Below, in pieces: positions 38,287 through 49,128 of a stretch of 64,000 nt of DNA. The stretch lies in NCBI GenBank assembly GCA_937975975.1, contig CALJTR010000011.1:21767-85766 (forward strand), written 5' to 3'. This stretch comes from an uncultured Candidatus Saccharibacteria bacterium. GTDB taxonomy: Bacteria; Patescibacteriota; Saccharimonadia; Saccharimonadales; Saccharimonadaceae. Position 1 is the first letter of the stretch. The number at the start of each line of letters is the position of its first letter. Under the pieces are notes generated by a model. The model had not been told where the DNA came from and made no database searches. It saw nothing but the letters and a program-made list of their open reading frames with translations. The position numbers and the translations under genes are program-made.

Positions 38287-38487
38287 CTAGATGTGCTGCT
38301 TGGTCAAGTACCAGCCGCCGTCAACAGGCGACTGATAGCAAGTAAGTTTCAAGTCTAAATGGTACTTTTGTAGTTCGCGAATAGCACGCAGAGCGTCGCT
38401 GCGGCTGGCGAAGCGCTTTTTCTCGGGCGCTCGGGCGGAATTATTGCGGTAGCGCTGGTGTTTGGGAGTGCGATTACGGCGCGGCAT
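38287..38487 (-). CDS. Small basic hypothetical protein (66 aa); may be spurious within the atp leader region
   Basis: ORF only. No SD checked, no motif. Confidence 0.25.
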   Translation of the reverse strand: MPRRNRTPKHQRYRNNSARAPEKKRFASRSDALRAIRELQKYHLDLKLTCYQSPVDGGWYLTKQHI

Positions 38488-38550
38488 GTTTGTAGTATAC
38501 GAGGTTCGGGCTTTACAGACAATCTGGTTGCCTGATACAATTAACTGCGT

Positions 38551-38829
38551 ATGAGTAAACTCTCTGGCGATAGCGACAGCCGTGCGGCGGGCGCCACATC
38601 CTCTGCGAGCGTGCCGGCGTCGGCGATTATGGCGACAATGGCAGATACGACGTGGCGTATGTTTACGCCGAGCGTTGGTCTGACGCTGGCTGGTGTATGG
38701 CTAGATGCGCAGTTCGGTACGAAACCGTGGCTGATGTTTGGTGGCATCATATTAGGGTTTGTTGGCGCGTTTGTACTCGTAAAGCGGCAAATCGCGGGCG
38801 GTACGCGGCGAAAGGCGGCGCAGCGATGA
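38551..38829 (+). CDS. AtpZ/AtpI-like small membrane protein preceding atpB
   Basis: 'FGTKPWLMFGGIILGFVGAFVLV' is typical of the ATP-synthase gene-1 family. Its stop overlaps the atpB start (ATGA). Confidence 0.5.
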   Translation: MSKLSGDSDSRAAGATSSASVPASAIMATMADTTWRMFTPSVGLTLAGVWLDAQFGTKPWLMFGGIILGFVGAFVLVKRQIAGGTRRKAAQR

Positions 38830-39764
38830 CAGCGGCTGGATTCGGGCTAGGTACAGCAATAAGCGGCGCAGGTACGATGATTTCTGATGGGGCAGCGTTG
38901 GCATTTGGCGCGGCTAGTGGTGCCGTGGCAACGTTTGCGGCGGCTGGTCCGCATATCTCGGTGAAAGCCGATACAGTCGCGACGATTGGCGGATTTGCGG
39001 TAACGAATTCGCAGGTGCTCGGCGCGTTTGGGCTGATCGTGCTTGTATGGCTGATGTTTCGGATGCGTTTGGCTGTGCTGGGGCGCAGAAAACATACATT
39101 CGCAACACGCTTGATGCAGTGGACGTTTGAAGGACTGTACAGCACGGTTAAGCAGGTAATCCAGGATGAGGCGTGGGCGCGGCGAGTCGCGCCGTTAACG
39201 ATTACGATATTCTTTTTTGTAGTGGCGCAATATTGGCTGGGGCTATTACCTGTCGTTGGTCCGATCACGGTTGGCGAGCACGGTACTCCCCTGTTGCGTG
39301 GTGGCGTAGCGGACTTAAACATGACATTTGGATTGGCGATTGTGACCATTGTCGCGGCGCAGGTGTATGCGTTTAAGTATATGGGTTTCCGCGGCAATAT
39401 GGGGCGCTACTTTGTAAACCCGCTGCGCGATCCGATTATGTCATTTGTCGGTATCTTAGAGCTGGTGGCGGAGTTCTCGCGCATGCTGGGCCTGAGTTTC
39501 CGCTTGTTTGGCAACGTGCTAGCAGGTGAGGTACTGTTAATCATGATTGCGTATTTGACGCAGGTGATTTCGCCGATGGCGCTTCAACCGTTTTACTTTT
39601 TTGAGCTGTTTATTGGTGGCATTCAAGCGTACATTTTCTTTATGTTGTCAACCGTATTTATTTCCCTAGGTCTCGTGCCGCATGGCGACCATGGCGAGCC
39701 GTACGCTTCAGTTGATCATTCCCCTGTTGATAGTCCGAAACTAGCGGCGGAGAATGAATCATAA
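38826..39764 (+). CDS. atpB: F0F1 ATP synthase subunit a
   Basis: 'LSFRLFGNVLAGEVLL' is the subunit a signature carrying the essential Arg. Multiple TM helices. Confidence 0.85.
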   Translation: MTAAGFGLGTAISGAGTMISDGAALAFGAASGAVATFAAAGPHISVKADTVATIGGFAVTNSQVLGAFGLIVLVWLMFRMRLAVLGRRKHTFATRLMQWTFEGLYSTVKQVIQDEAWARRVAPLTITIFFFVVAQYWLGLLPVVGPITVGEHGTPLLRGGVADLNMTFGLAIVTIVAAQVYAFKYMGFRGNMGRYFVNPLRDPIMSFVGILELVAEFSRMLGLSFRLFGNVLAGEVLLIMIAYLTQVISPMALQPFYFFELFIGGIQAYIFFMLSTVFISLGLVPHGDHGEPYASVDHSPVDSPKLAAENES

Positions 39765-39799
39765 ATCGATAACAATAAATATAAGGAGAATTATCAATT

Positions 39800-40012
39800 A
39801 TGGAAGCATTATCATTTGCTCTCACTTATGCAATTCCGGCAGCGTTTGCCGCGATCGGGTGCGGTATGGTCGGTACGGCTGCGATGAATGCGGCTGGGCG
39901 TAATCCAGAAAAAATTAACGATTTGCGCACGATGATGATTCTTGGGATTTCATTTATCGACGCCTTGGCAATTATTGGTTTCGTGGCGGCAATCGTTGGA
40001 AAGGTTATGTAA
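39800..40012 (+). CDS. atpE: F0F1 ATP synthase subunit c
   Basis: 70-aa hairpin proteolipid 'GMVGTAAMNAAGRNPE...ILGISFIDALAIIGFVAAIV'. Confidence 0.85.
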   Translation: MEALSFALTYAIPAAFAAIGCGMVGTAAMNAAGRNPEKINDLRTMMILGISFIDALAIIGFVAAIVGKVM

Positions 40013-40027
40013 GTAGCAGGGGTCATC

Positions 40028-40567
40028 GTGATAGAAAGTGTGACACAATTTGCGGCGGCGCACGCGGAAAAGGCGGATATGTTTACGTCGCTTGGACTTG
40101 ACTGGAAAGCGCTTGGTTTGCAAACGGTTGCGTTTTTAGTGCTGCTTGTCTTGCTTCGCAAGTTTGTGTATCCGCCGCTTGTTGAAACGCTGGATAAACG
40201 CGATGCTGAAGTTAGAGCGGGCGCTAAAGCGGCGCGCCAGGCGCAGAAAGCGGCCGACGAAAGCGAAGCGCGCACGGCAGCGATGCTCAAAAATGCGCAG
40301 CGCGAGTCGCGGGCGATTGTGTCGTCGGCAAAGCAAGAAGCGGTAGATATGATAGCCGATGCTGAGGCGAAAGCGTCGTCGCAAGCGAAGCAGATTATTG
40401 AGAATGGGCGGCGCGACGTGGCGGCAGAATTAGCGGCGGCAAAGAAAAGTTTGCGCAGCGAAATGGTTGACTTAGTAATTGAGGCGACTGCGGGCGTAAC
40501 GCGCCATACCGTTGATGCGCGCAAAGATACGCAGCTGATTGAGAAAAATCTCGGGGAGCTGCAATAA
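40028..40567 (+). CDS. atpF: F0F1 ATP synthase subunit b
   Basis: N-terminal TM plus a long charged coiled coil rich in A, E and K. Position in the operon. Confidence 0.8.
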   Translation: MIESVTQFAAAHAEKADMFTSLGLDWKALGLQTVAFLVLLVLLRKFVYPPLVETLDKRDAEVRAGAKAARQAQKAADESEARTAAMLKNAQRESRAIVSSAKQEAVDMIADAEAKASSQAKQIIENGRRDVAAELAAAKKSLRSEMVDLVIEATAGVTRHTVDARKDTQLIEKNLGELQ

Positions 40568-40948
40568 ATGGCGCAGGTGATTTCGCGGCGGCGGCTCGCA
40601 AGCTACGCGGCTGGCGTGTTGGCGGCGGGCGGCGACCGCGGTTTATTGCTGCGCGAAATCGCGGCGTATTTGATTGAGACAGAAGCGACGCGTACGGCAG
40701 ATTTGGTCGTTGCGGCGATTGAAGAGGAACTGCAAGCGCGCGGCATCGTCGTCATTGAGGCGGTTTCAGCGCACCCGCTAAGCGATGAACTGCGCGCGCG
40801 CATACGCGCGCTCGTTGGCGGGCGCGAGGCGCATTTTCGCGAGCGCATCAATCCGGATGTTATTGGCGGTGTGAAAATCGCCTTGCCCGATAGCGAGTTT
40901 GACGGCACGATTCAACGTAAATTAATCGCCCTCAAGGGCGCGAAGTAA
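40568..40948 (+). CDS. atpH: F0F1 ATP synthase subunit delta (short, 126 aa)
   Basis: Position between atpF and atpA. C-terminal 'GGVKIALPDSEFDGTIQRKL' resembles the OSCP/delta C-terminus. Shorter than the typical ~180 aa. Confidence 0.6.
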   Translation: MAQVISRRRLASYAAGVLAAGGDRGLLLREIAAYLIETEATRTADLVVAAIEEELQARGIVVIEAVSAHPLSDELRARIRALVGGREAHFRERINPDVIGGVKIALPDSEFDGTIQRKLIALKGAK

Positions 40949-40957
40949 AGGAGCAAT

Positions 40958-42493
40958 ATGGCTGATAACGCAGTGGCGGAATTGTCTGAGAGCCTGCGGC
41001 GGGCGATCGCGGGACTTGAGGCGAAAGAAGGATTGGAAAAAGTTGGTATCGTGACGCGCGTCGGCGACGGCGTAGTTTGGGTACACGGACTGCGCCAAGC
41101 GGGCTATTCGGAAGTGTTAGAAGTGCAAACGGATGGCGGTATCGTTGAAGCGTTTGTACTAAACTTGATGGAAGACGAAATTGGCGCAGTACTGCTAGGC
41201 AGCGACCAGGGCGTGGCGGCTGGCGATAAGGTCAAGCTGAAAGGCGAAGTGCTCAGCGTGCCGGTCGGCGAAGAGCTGCTCGGGCGAGTGGTTAATCCGC
41301 TTGGCCAACCGCTTGACGGTGGTTCGGAGATCAAGGTGAAACATCGCTTGCCAGTGGAGCGCGAAGCGATTGGCGTGATGGGGCGCAAAAGCGTGCACGA
41401 GCCGCTGATGACCGGCATCATGTCGATTGACGCTATGTTCCCGATCGGGCGCGGACAGCGCGAGTTAATCATCGGCGACCGCCAGACGGGCAAGACCGCC
41501 ATCGCGCTTGATACGATGATCAACCAGGCGCGCCAAAAGACCGGCGTTGTCAACGTATATGTAGCGATTGGCCAGAAATTATCGAAAATTGCCCGGCTTG
41601 TTGAACGCCTGAAATCTGAAGGCGTAATGGAACAAACGATTGTTGTGGCGACGGGTCCGAGTGATCCAGCTTCCCTGCTCTATTTGGCGCCATACGCCGG
41701 TACATCGATGGGCGAATACTTCCGCGATAGCGGCAAGCATGCGCTAATGATTTACGATGACTTAACGAAGCATGCTGTGGCATACCGCCAGATGTCGCTG
41801 TTATTGCGCCGTCCGCCGGGCCGCGAAGCGTTTCCAGGCGACGTATTCTATTTGCACTCGCGTTTGTTGGAGCGTTCGGCGAAATTATCGGATGAATTAG
41901 GCGCTGGGTCGTTAACTGCCCTTCCAATTATCGAAACGCAGGCAGGTGACATCTCTGCTTACATTCCGACCAATGTGATCTCTATTACAGACGGCCAGAT
42001 TTTTATGGAGACAGATCTGTTTTATCAAGGCATTCGCCCGGCAATCTCAGCGGGCTTAAGCGTGTCGCGCGTCGGCGGCGCTGCACAAACAAAGGCGGTA
42101 AAGTCGGTCAGCGGCAACCTGAAGCTTGGTCTCAGCCAGTTCCGCGAGCTCGCGAGTTTTGCGCAGTTTGGCTCGGATTTGGATGATGCAACAAAATCGC
42201 AAATTGAGCGCGGCCAGCGCTTGACGGAGCTGCTCAAGCAGCCGCAGTATCAGCCAATGAGCGTTTGGGAGCAAGTTGCATCAATCGCGGCAGTGAGCGA
42301 AGGGCTATTTGATGATGTGCCGGCAGCAAAGATTAAAGAGGCGCAGCAAGCACTATTGGAGCGCTTGTGGGCTGAACACAAAGATGATATGCGCGCGCTT
42401 ACAAAAGGTGATAAAAAATTCGGCGAAGACGAAAAAATTGCAAAAATCGTGAGAAATACTGCTAAAGCGATCGCGAAAGGATACGAGGAATAA
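40958..42493 (+). CDS. atpA: F0F1 ATP synthase subunit alpha
   Basis: P-loop '[11 protein letters not shown]'. '[45 protein letters not shown]' is highly conserved. Confidence 0.9.
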   Translation: MADNAVAELSESLRRAIAGLEAKEGLEKVGIVTRVGDGVVWVHGLRQAGYSEVLEVQTDGGIVEAFVLNLMEDEIGAVLLGSDQGVAAGDKVKLKGEVLSVPVGEELLGRVVNPLGQPLDGGSEIKVKHRLPVEREAIGVMGRKSVHEPLMTGIMSIDAMFPIGRGQRELIIGDRQTGKTAIALDTMINQARQKTGVVNVYVAIGQKLSKIARLVERLKSEGVMEQTIVVATGPSDPASLLYLAPYAGTSMGEYFRDSGKHALMIYDDLTKHAVAYRQMSLLLRRPPGREAFPGDVFYLHSRLLERSAKLSDELGAGSLTALPIIETQAGDISAYIPTNVISITDGQIFMETDLFYQGIRPAISAGLSVSRVGGAAQTKAVKSVSGNLKLGLSQFRELASFAQFGSDLDDATKSQIERGQRLTELLKQPQYQPMSVWEQVASIAAVSEGLFDDVPAAKIKEAQQALLERLWAEHKDDMRALTKGDKKFGEDEKIAKIVRNTAKAIAKGYEE

Positions 42494-43359
42494 ATGGCGT
42501 CAACTCAGCAACTAAAATCGCGCATTCGCTCGGTGAAAAGCACGAAGCAGATCACGAAAGCGATGCAGATGGTAGCGGCGAGCAAAATGCGCCGAGCGCA
42601 AGAGGCGACAAAGAGTTCGCAGGCGTATACGATGGCGGCGCGCGAACTGCTGACGTATCTAGCGGCACAAGGCGCGACGAATGGACATAAATGGTTCACG
42701 GTGCGTCCAGTGAAGTCCCGTCTGCTTATCGCCGTTGCGAGCGATAAGGGTTTGGCGGGCGCGTATAATGCGAATATTCTGAAGGCTTACGTACGCGAAT
42801 TGAAGGCTGACGATGCGGCAAATATTGCAAACAAAACGATTGCGGTAGGGCGTAAAATTGCTCAGGCGGCAACGCGCATCAAAGATACGGAAATAGTCGG
42901 TACATATGAAGATTTGCCGGATCATTTTTCGGGCGCCGAGTTTCACGCAATTCTAAACACCGCGAAGGATCTCTTTGAAGCGGGTCAGGTTGATGCGGTG
43001 GACGTCATTTTCACGCGGTTTGTCAGCAGCCTAACACAGCGGGCGGACGTAGTGCGCCTGTTCCCTGCCGGTTTTACGCCAACTGACGATGTGCAGCCTG
43101 ATATCGCCGAAGCGAAATTTGAACCGAGCCCGAAGCAGATTATTGACGATATCGCCTACCGGCTAATTAGCGCGCGCCTGTTCCAGGCACTGATGGATTC
43201 GCGCGCCAGCGAGCATAGTATGCGCATGCTTGCTATGAAAAATGCTACCGATAACGCGACCGATCTTGTTGATGCGTTGACACTTGAAATGAACAAGGCG
43301 CGACAAGCGGCAATTACGCAAGAGTTGACAGAGATTAGCGCTGGCGTGGAGGCGATGCA

Positions 43360-43363
<4 letters not shown>
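42494..43363 (+). CDS. atpG: F0F1 ATP synthase subunit gamma
   Basis: 'MASTQQLKSRIRSVKSTKQITKAMQMVAASKMRRAQE...' N-terminal gamma signature. C-terminal 'ITQELTEI'. Confidence 0.9.
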
Positions 43364-45211
<1,848 letters not shown>

Positions 45212-45214
45212 CCA

Positions 45215-45640
45215 ATGCAGTTTCAGCTGGTGACATTGGCTGGCGTCAAGCTTGACGAAGCAGTTTACGAAGTGATTTTGCCGACTACCGAAGGCGTGAT
45301 TTCGGTTTTTCCGAGCCACGAGGCGCTCGTAACAGTGGCAGTGCCGGGCGTGGTAACAGTGCGCCGCCACAAAGAGGATCGCGATGATGAGCTGGAATAT
45401 TTTGCGATTTCGGGCGGCGTAGTTGAGATCAATCAGGAGCGCGTGCGCATTCTGGTTGACGAAGCAGAACACGGCGACGACATTATTGAAGCGGAAAGCC
45501 AAGCGGCGCTAGAGCGTGCGCTGAAGCTGCAAGAAGAATCAAACGACCAGGTTGAGCTCGAAAAAGCCCACCAGCTGGTTGACCGCCATGCGGTACGGTT
45601 GAAAGTTGCCGAGCTGCATCGGCGCCGGCGACGACATTAG
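45215..45640 (+). CDS. atpC: F0F1 ATP synthase subunit epsilon
   Basis: Position after atpD. N-terminal beta-sandwich 'FQLVTLAGVKLDEAVYEVILPTTEGVISVFPSH' plus a helical C-terminus. Confidence 0.8.
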   Translation: MQFQLVTLAGVKLDEAVYEVILPTTEGVISVFPSHEALVTVAVPGVVTVRRHKEDRDDELEYFAISGGVVEINQERVRILVDEAEHGDDIIEAESQAALERALKLQEESNDQVELEKAHQLVDRHAVRLKVAELHRRRRRH

Positions 45641-45837
45641 CGGCTAGATATCTTTTCGTTTTCTTATAGCCTTTAGTAGTGCGCGTGTACTTTCGAGGCG
45701 TTATAATAACTTTGATGGCGACTCGCAAGGACCGGTCGTAATTCTTATAAAAAGAAAATGTGTTAGATGGTTGATCAAATATCCATGTAAAAGAATACAA
45801 TGACGTATGGGTTAAGTAGATTTCAGGTTTTGTGTTG

Positions 45838-47028
45838 CTACTTTTTGCGCGCAGTAGCTAATAACGTGATTGAGATAATTGCGATGATGATTGTTGGTAT
45901 CGTAGACTGTACAACTCGTGCTCCTGTATTTGGTGGCTTGATTGTAGATTTTCTTGTGTTGGTTCCTGTCGGTACTCCTGAAGGATTGGGGGTAGCGCTA
46001 GAAGCAATTACTGCATCGGCTTGTATAGCATTGTGGTCTGAGGCATAGGAGTTGCCATATTTTGTTGAAACAATACGATAGGTGTTGATAGTTATATTTT
46101 TGCCGTTTGACGCAAAGATATGGTCAATCCGATTTTCGCCATAGCTAAGTTCTCTCGACAGTGAAAATCCGTTATAGCTTGACCGTGTATTATTATCAAA
46201 CGCCTTGTTCTCGGCTAGAGCATATGCATCGGAAAAGTCAGACGATAAAATGCCGTTAGTAAGCGTTGGCGAACCATCTTTTGCGTTGTAATCCCCTGTC
46301 AAGAATACTGGTAGATTAGATCCCGAGGCTATACGGCTAACACTATTCATGAGGCTTCTAGCTTGCTGGAGCGAATAAGCTGAACGTTCTGCGGGTGTTG
46401 CGGTACCAATATTACCGTCTGAACCAACAAACTCGTCTTCATAGGATAGGTGTGAATTAAAGAGATAAAATTGTTGATGGGAGGTCTTGTCTTCAAGTTT
46501 CAGCCACGTAGCAATAAGTGGGCGCGGTAATCCGTAATCTTTTTTGAATAAGTTTGTCGGTTCGGAAGATATGGAAAAGCAACCATTTCCTAACATAGAA
46601 TATTTAGCTGTTTTAAAAACAATCGGGTTGTTGTACGGCTTATATGTCGTCGTTGGGTCGGTTGACCAGCTGGCGCTACAGCCGTCGTATTCAGAGTTGG
46701 CTAAGGTGTATCCGGCACTCTCTAGGTTATTTTTTACAAATTCTAATTGACTAAGCGTGAACGTGTTGTCGTTGCGGCGAAATGCCCCGCTCACCTCCTG
46801 AAGTCCAGCTACATCCCAGTTATTATCAACAATGGTTTTAATGATGAGGTTCTTCCGGAAGTCTGGTGCATCCCACGACGTAGGAGTTCTGTCATTGTTG
46901 GGTCGGTATGTAAGCATGTTAAACGACGCCAGCCTGATTGGCGTAGAGGTGGACTCTGCGCGAGTGATCGGCGATGTAGTAAAAACGAGGCTTACAATAA
47001 GTGTGATGCCTATAAATACTTTTTGCAT
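45838..47028 (-). CDS. Secreted endonuclease/exonuclease/phosphatase (EEP) family protein with a C-terminal sortase-type sorting signal (KPPNTG + TM + RKK)
   Basis: Signal peptide. 'RLASFNMLTY', 'GLQEV' and 'RIDHIF...SDHNAI' are EEP motifs. C-terminus 'IKPPNTGARVVQSTIPTIIIAIISITLLATARKK'. Confidence 0.65.
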   Translation of the reverse strand: MQKVFIGITLIVSLVFTTSPITRAESTSTPIRLASFNMLTYRPNNDRTPTSWDAPDFRKNLIIKTIVDNNWDVAGLQEVSGAFRRNDNTFTLSQLEFVKNNLESAGYTLANSEYDGCSASWSTDPTTTYKPYNNPIVFKTAKYSMLGNGCFSISSEPTNLFKKDYGLPRPLIATWLKLEDKTSHQQFYLFNSHLSYEDEFVGSDGNIGTATPAERSAYSLQQARSLMNSVSRIASGSNLPVFLTGDYNAKDGSPTLTNGILSSDFSDAYALAENKAFDNNTRSSYNGFSLSRELSYGENRIDHIFASNGKNITINTYRIVSTKYGNSYASDHNAIQADAVIASSATPNPSGVPTGTNTRKSTIKPPNTGARVVQSTIPTIIIAIISITLLATARKK

Positions 47029-47161
47029 TTTTATTTTCCCTTTTACTCTAATTTACTCTAATCTATACTTACATGATACAGGTTATGGTTATTGTTGTCA
47101 ATGATCTAAATCAGGTAATTCACAGACAGAACGATTGTGGCCAAAACCAGCTACATAGAAA

Positions 47162-48193
47162 TCATATCGCGTAGCGGGTGTTTTTTATGAAATTACGCGC
47201 CTCATCGGTTGACGTTGCGTGCATCAGCTGGTCGCGCAGTTCTTTTGCGCCGTCGAAGCCTTTAACGTAGATTTTGAAGAAGCGTTTAAGTGTTTCGAAC
47301 GGTCGTCCAGTTTGCGGCTGGTAGCGATCAAAGAGGTCAAGATGGTAGTTGAGGAGATTAAATAATTCTGTGCACCGAACTACTGCGCTATCGTTATTAG
47401 TCGAAATAGTTTCGTTCTGCTCCAGATTATTCTGAGAATGTAAACACCCGGTGTCGTTTGCGGCGAAACAAAACGGGTTCGCAAACACGCCCCGTCCGAT
47501 CATAATACCGTTGACGCCGGGGTGCTTGGTTGCGAGCGCTAGTCCATGCTCCCGGTCGCGTATGTCGCCGTTAATCGTTAGCAGCGTATGCGGCGCTACC
47601 GCGTCGCGCAGCGCGATAATATCGTCAATCAGTTCATAATGCGCCGGCACCTTACTCATTTCTTTTTTCGTTCGCAGATGAATAGTTAGGTTGACGATGT
47701 CTTGCTCTAGTAGTGTTCGTAGCCACTCGCGCCATTCATTGACGTGTGTGTAGCCGAGTCGTGTTTTTACGCTGACGGGTAATCCGGCGGTCTTAGCGGC
47801 ATGAATAGCGGCAATCGCGACGTCTGGGCGGCGAATCAGCGCTGCTCCGCCTGATTTGATGGCGCTCTTCGCTGGGCAGCCCATGTTAATGTCAATACCG
47901 TCGAAGCCGAGCCGCGCGCAATGCGCCGCGAATTGCTCCATGTCACCCGGCTCCCCTCCCCAGATTTGCGCCACTAGCGGGTGTTCGTCATCAGTTTTAA
48001 GTAGTCGTCCGGCAATTGCTTTATCGCCAGCGTGCACCCAGCCTGTTGCATTGGCAAACTCGGTGAAAAATACGTCTGGCGCGCCTGCCCGCTGCACGAC
48101 ATGACGAAACACAACGTCCGTCACTGCTTCCATCGGTGCGAGCGCAAAAAACGGTTGCGGCAGGTTATTCCAAAATGATTTCATCTTTGCCAT
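47162..48193 (-). CDS. tRNA-dihydrouridine synthase (Dus family)
   Basis: 'FFALAPMEAVTDVVFRHVV' N-terminal Dus signature. TIM-barrel FMN motifs 'GFDGIDINMGCP'. Catalytic Cys context. Confidence 0.8.
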   Translation of the reverse strand: MAKMKSFWNNLPQPFFALAPMEAVTDVVFRHVVQRAGAPDVFFTEFANATGWVHAGDKAIAGRLLKTDDEHPLVAQIWGGEPGDMEQFAAHCARLGFDGIDINMGCPAKSAIKSGGAALIRRPDVAIAAIHAAKTAGLPVSVKTRLGYTHVNEWREWLRTLLEQDIVNLTIHLRTKKEMSKVPAHYELIDDIIALRDAVAPHTLLTINGDIRDREHGLALATKHPGVNGIMIGRGVFANPFCFAANDTGCLHSQNNLEQNETISTNNDSAVVRCTELFNLLNYHLDLFDRYQPQTGRPFETLKRFFKIYVKGFDGAKELRDQLMHATSTDEARNFIKNTRYAI

Positions 48194-48200
48194 TGTACCA

Positions 48201-48240
48201 TGGAAATAAATAAGCCCCTACCTCGTTCTTGAGGTAGGGG
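48201..48240 (-). terminator. Rho-independent terminator (cccctacctc-gttctt-gaggtagggg); on the minus strand it is followed by a T-rich run
   Basis: Perfect 10-bp stem. On the minus strand it is followed by cttatttatttcc. Lies downstream of the candidate ncRNA. Confidence 0.6.
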
Positions 48241-48261
48241 GAGGCTCGACGGCAATGGTGC

Positions 48262-48672
48262 CGGAGCTATAGAGAGGGGGCGGAGTGGAGAGGTAGGAGG
48301 AGAACAGCCCTTCTCCACTCCGGGCGGGAGCATATGCTCGGGAGTACGGTGCTATTTGCCGCGCTCCAGCTGACCGCCACCATTCGTCACGCCCGAAGAG
48401 ACGAACGGCCCCAGTGGGCGCGGCGGGAATCGAACCCGCCACAGCTTGCGCGTAAGGACATACCTCCCCGCGCAAGCTGGTTGCCATACGCGCCTGGCGA
48501 TTTCTTTTGCTGTTCCGCGCATTAACTGCGCAGACAGCCGGGAAGAAATCGCAAACCCGACCCTAATTTACGTCCGGGTAGGACGAGCGGGCGAAACCTA
48601 AGCTCCGTATTCTCGGGTGCTGTACGAGGCACCCGACCGCTGTTCAGCGAGACAGTAGCCTACCAGCGACTA
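48262..48672 (-). ncRNA. rnpB: Candidate RNase P RNA (rnpB-like, divergent type A); boundaries approximate
   Basis: ORF-free. Minus-strand sequence blocks parallel bacterial RNase P: 'GAGAAUACGGAGCUUAGG' (cf. GAGGAAAGUCCGGGCUCCAUAGGG); 'AACAGCAAAAGAAAUCGCC...AUGGC' (cf. AACAGAGAGCAAACCGCCGAUGGC); 'CGCGCAAGC'; 'GGGCGUGACGAAUGGUGGCGGUCAGCUGGAGCGCGGCAAAUAGCACC...CCCGGAG' (cf. GGGUGAAAGGGUGCGGUAAGAGCGCACCGCGCGGCUGGUAAC...CCCGGAG); 3' 'AUAGCUCCGGCACC' (cf. ACAGAACCCGGCUUA), able to form a 7-bp P4 with 'CGGAGCU'. Terminator immediately downstream. Confidence 0.4.
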
Positions 48673-48851
48673 CTGTCCCGATCACTCTTAAGCCGCCCCT
48701 GCTCGGCGGCACGAGCTTTGTTGCCCATGCTGCCGGCCGTCTTGGCGGCCTTGGCGTTCATGTCACGCTGTTCACGAGACGCGGTGCCGTTCTGCACGGC
48801 GTACGCAGCGCGGTCGTACGCCGTCTTAGAGCGGTCAGAAAAGAATCCCAT
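48660..48851 (-). CDS. Small hydrophilic protein (63 aa from MGFFSDRSK...), stress-protein-like composition
   Basis: Strong SD 'GGAAGGAGGTG' 6-9 nt upstream of the ATG at 48851. Charged, Ala/Lys/Arg-rich sequence 'AKTAGSMGNKARAAEQGRLKSDRD' (reminiscent of KGG-type stress proteins; weak). Confidence 0.4.
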   Translation of the reverse strand: MGFFSDRSKTAYDRAAYAVQNGTASREQRDMNAKAAKTAGSMGNKARAAEQGRLKSDRDSSRW

Positions 48852-49128
48852 GAGACACACACCTCCTTCCCGCCGAAGTATCGGCGAGATTGTCGGCGAA
48901 TCCCGTACAAAACGCTCCCGTACCAGAGCGTTTCGGGTGTGCTCATCGGGAGCAACACCAGGATTCGCTCAGTTGGAACATTTGTATCGTACCATGCTCT
49001 GCAGGGTTGGTCAAGTTTATTGCTATAATTTGGGTTGATTAGGATATTTTTAATGATTGCTGCGCGCTGGGTCAGGGCGTGCTTTAGGCTCGTTTCGCGC
49101 GGGTGGATCAGCGTGATCTGCGCGGCAG

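Noticed and set aside
48400-48700. tmRNA (ssrA) call based on the T-arm-like GGCGGGTTCGATTCCCGCC hairpin followed by CGCGCCCA, and a GGGGCGG candidate 5' end
   Set aside because: No 5' strand pairs with the putative acceptor 3' strand to give a G3:U70 stem (GGGGCGG vs CGCGCCC gives at most 3-4 pairs). No convincing tag reading frame ending in hydrophobic-AA. No CCA. The surrounding sequence fits RNase P conserved blocks better. Kept only as the alternative hypothesis.
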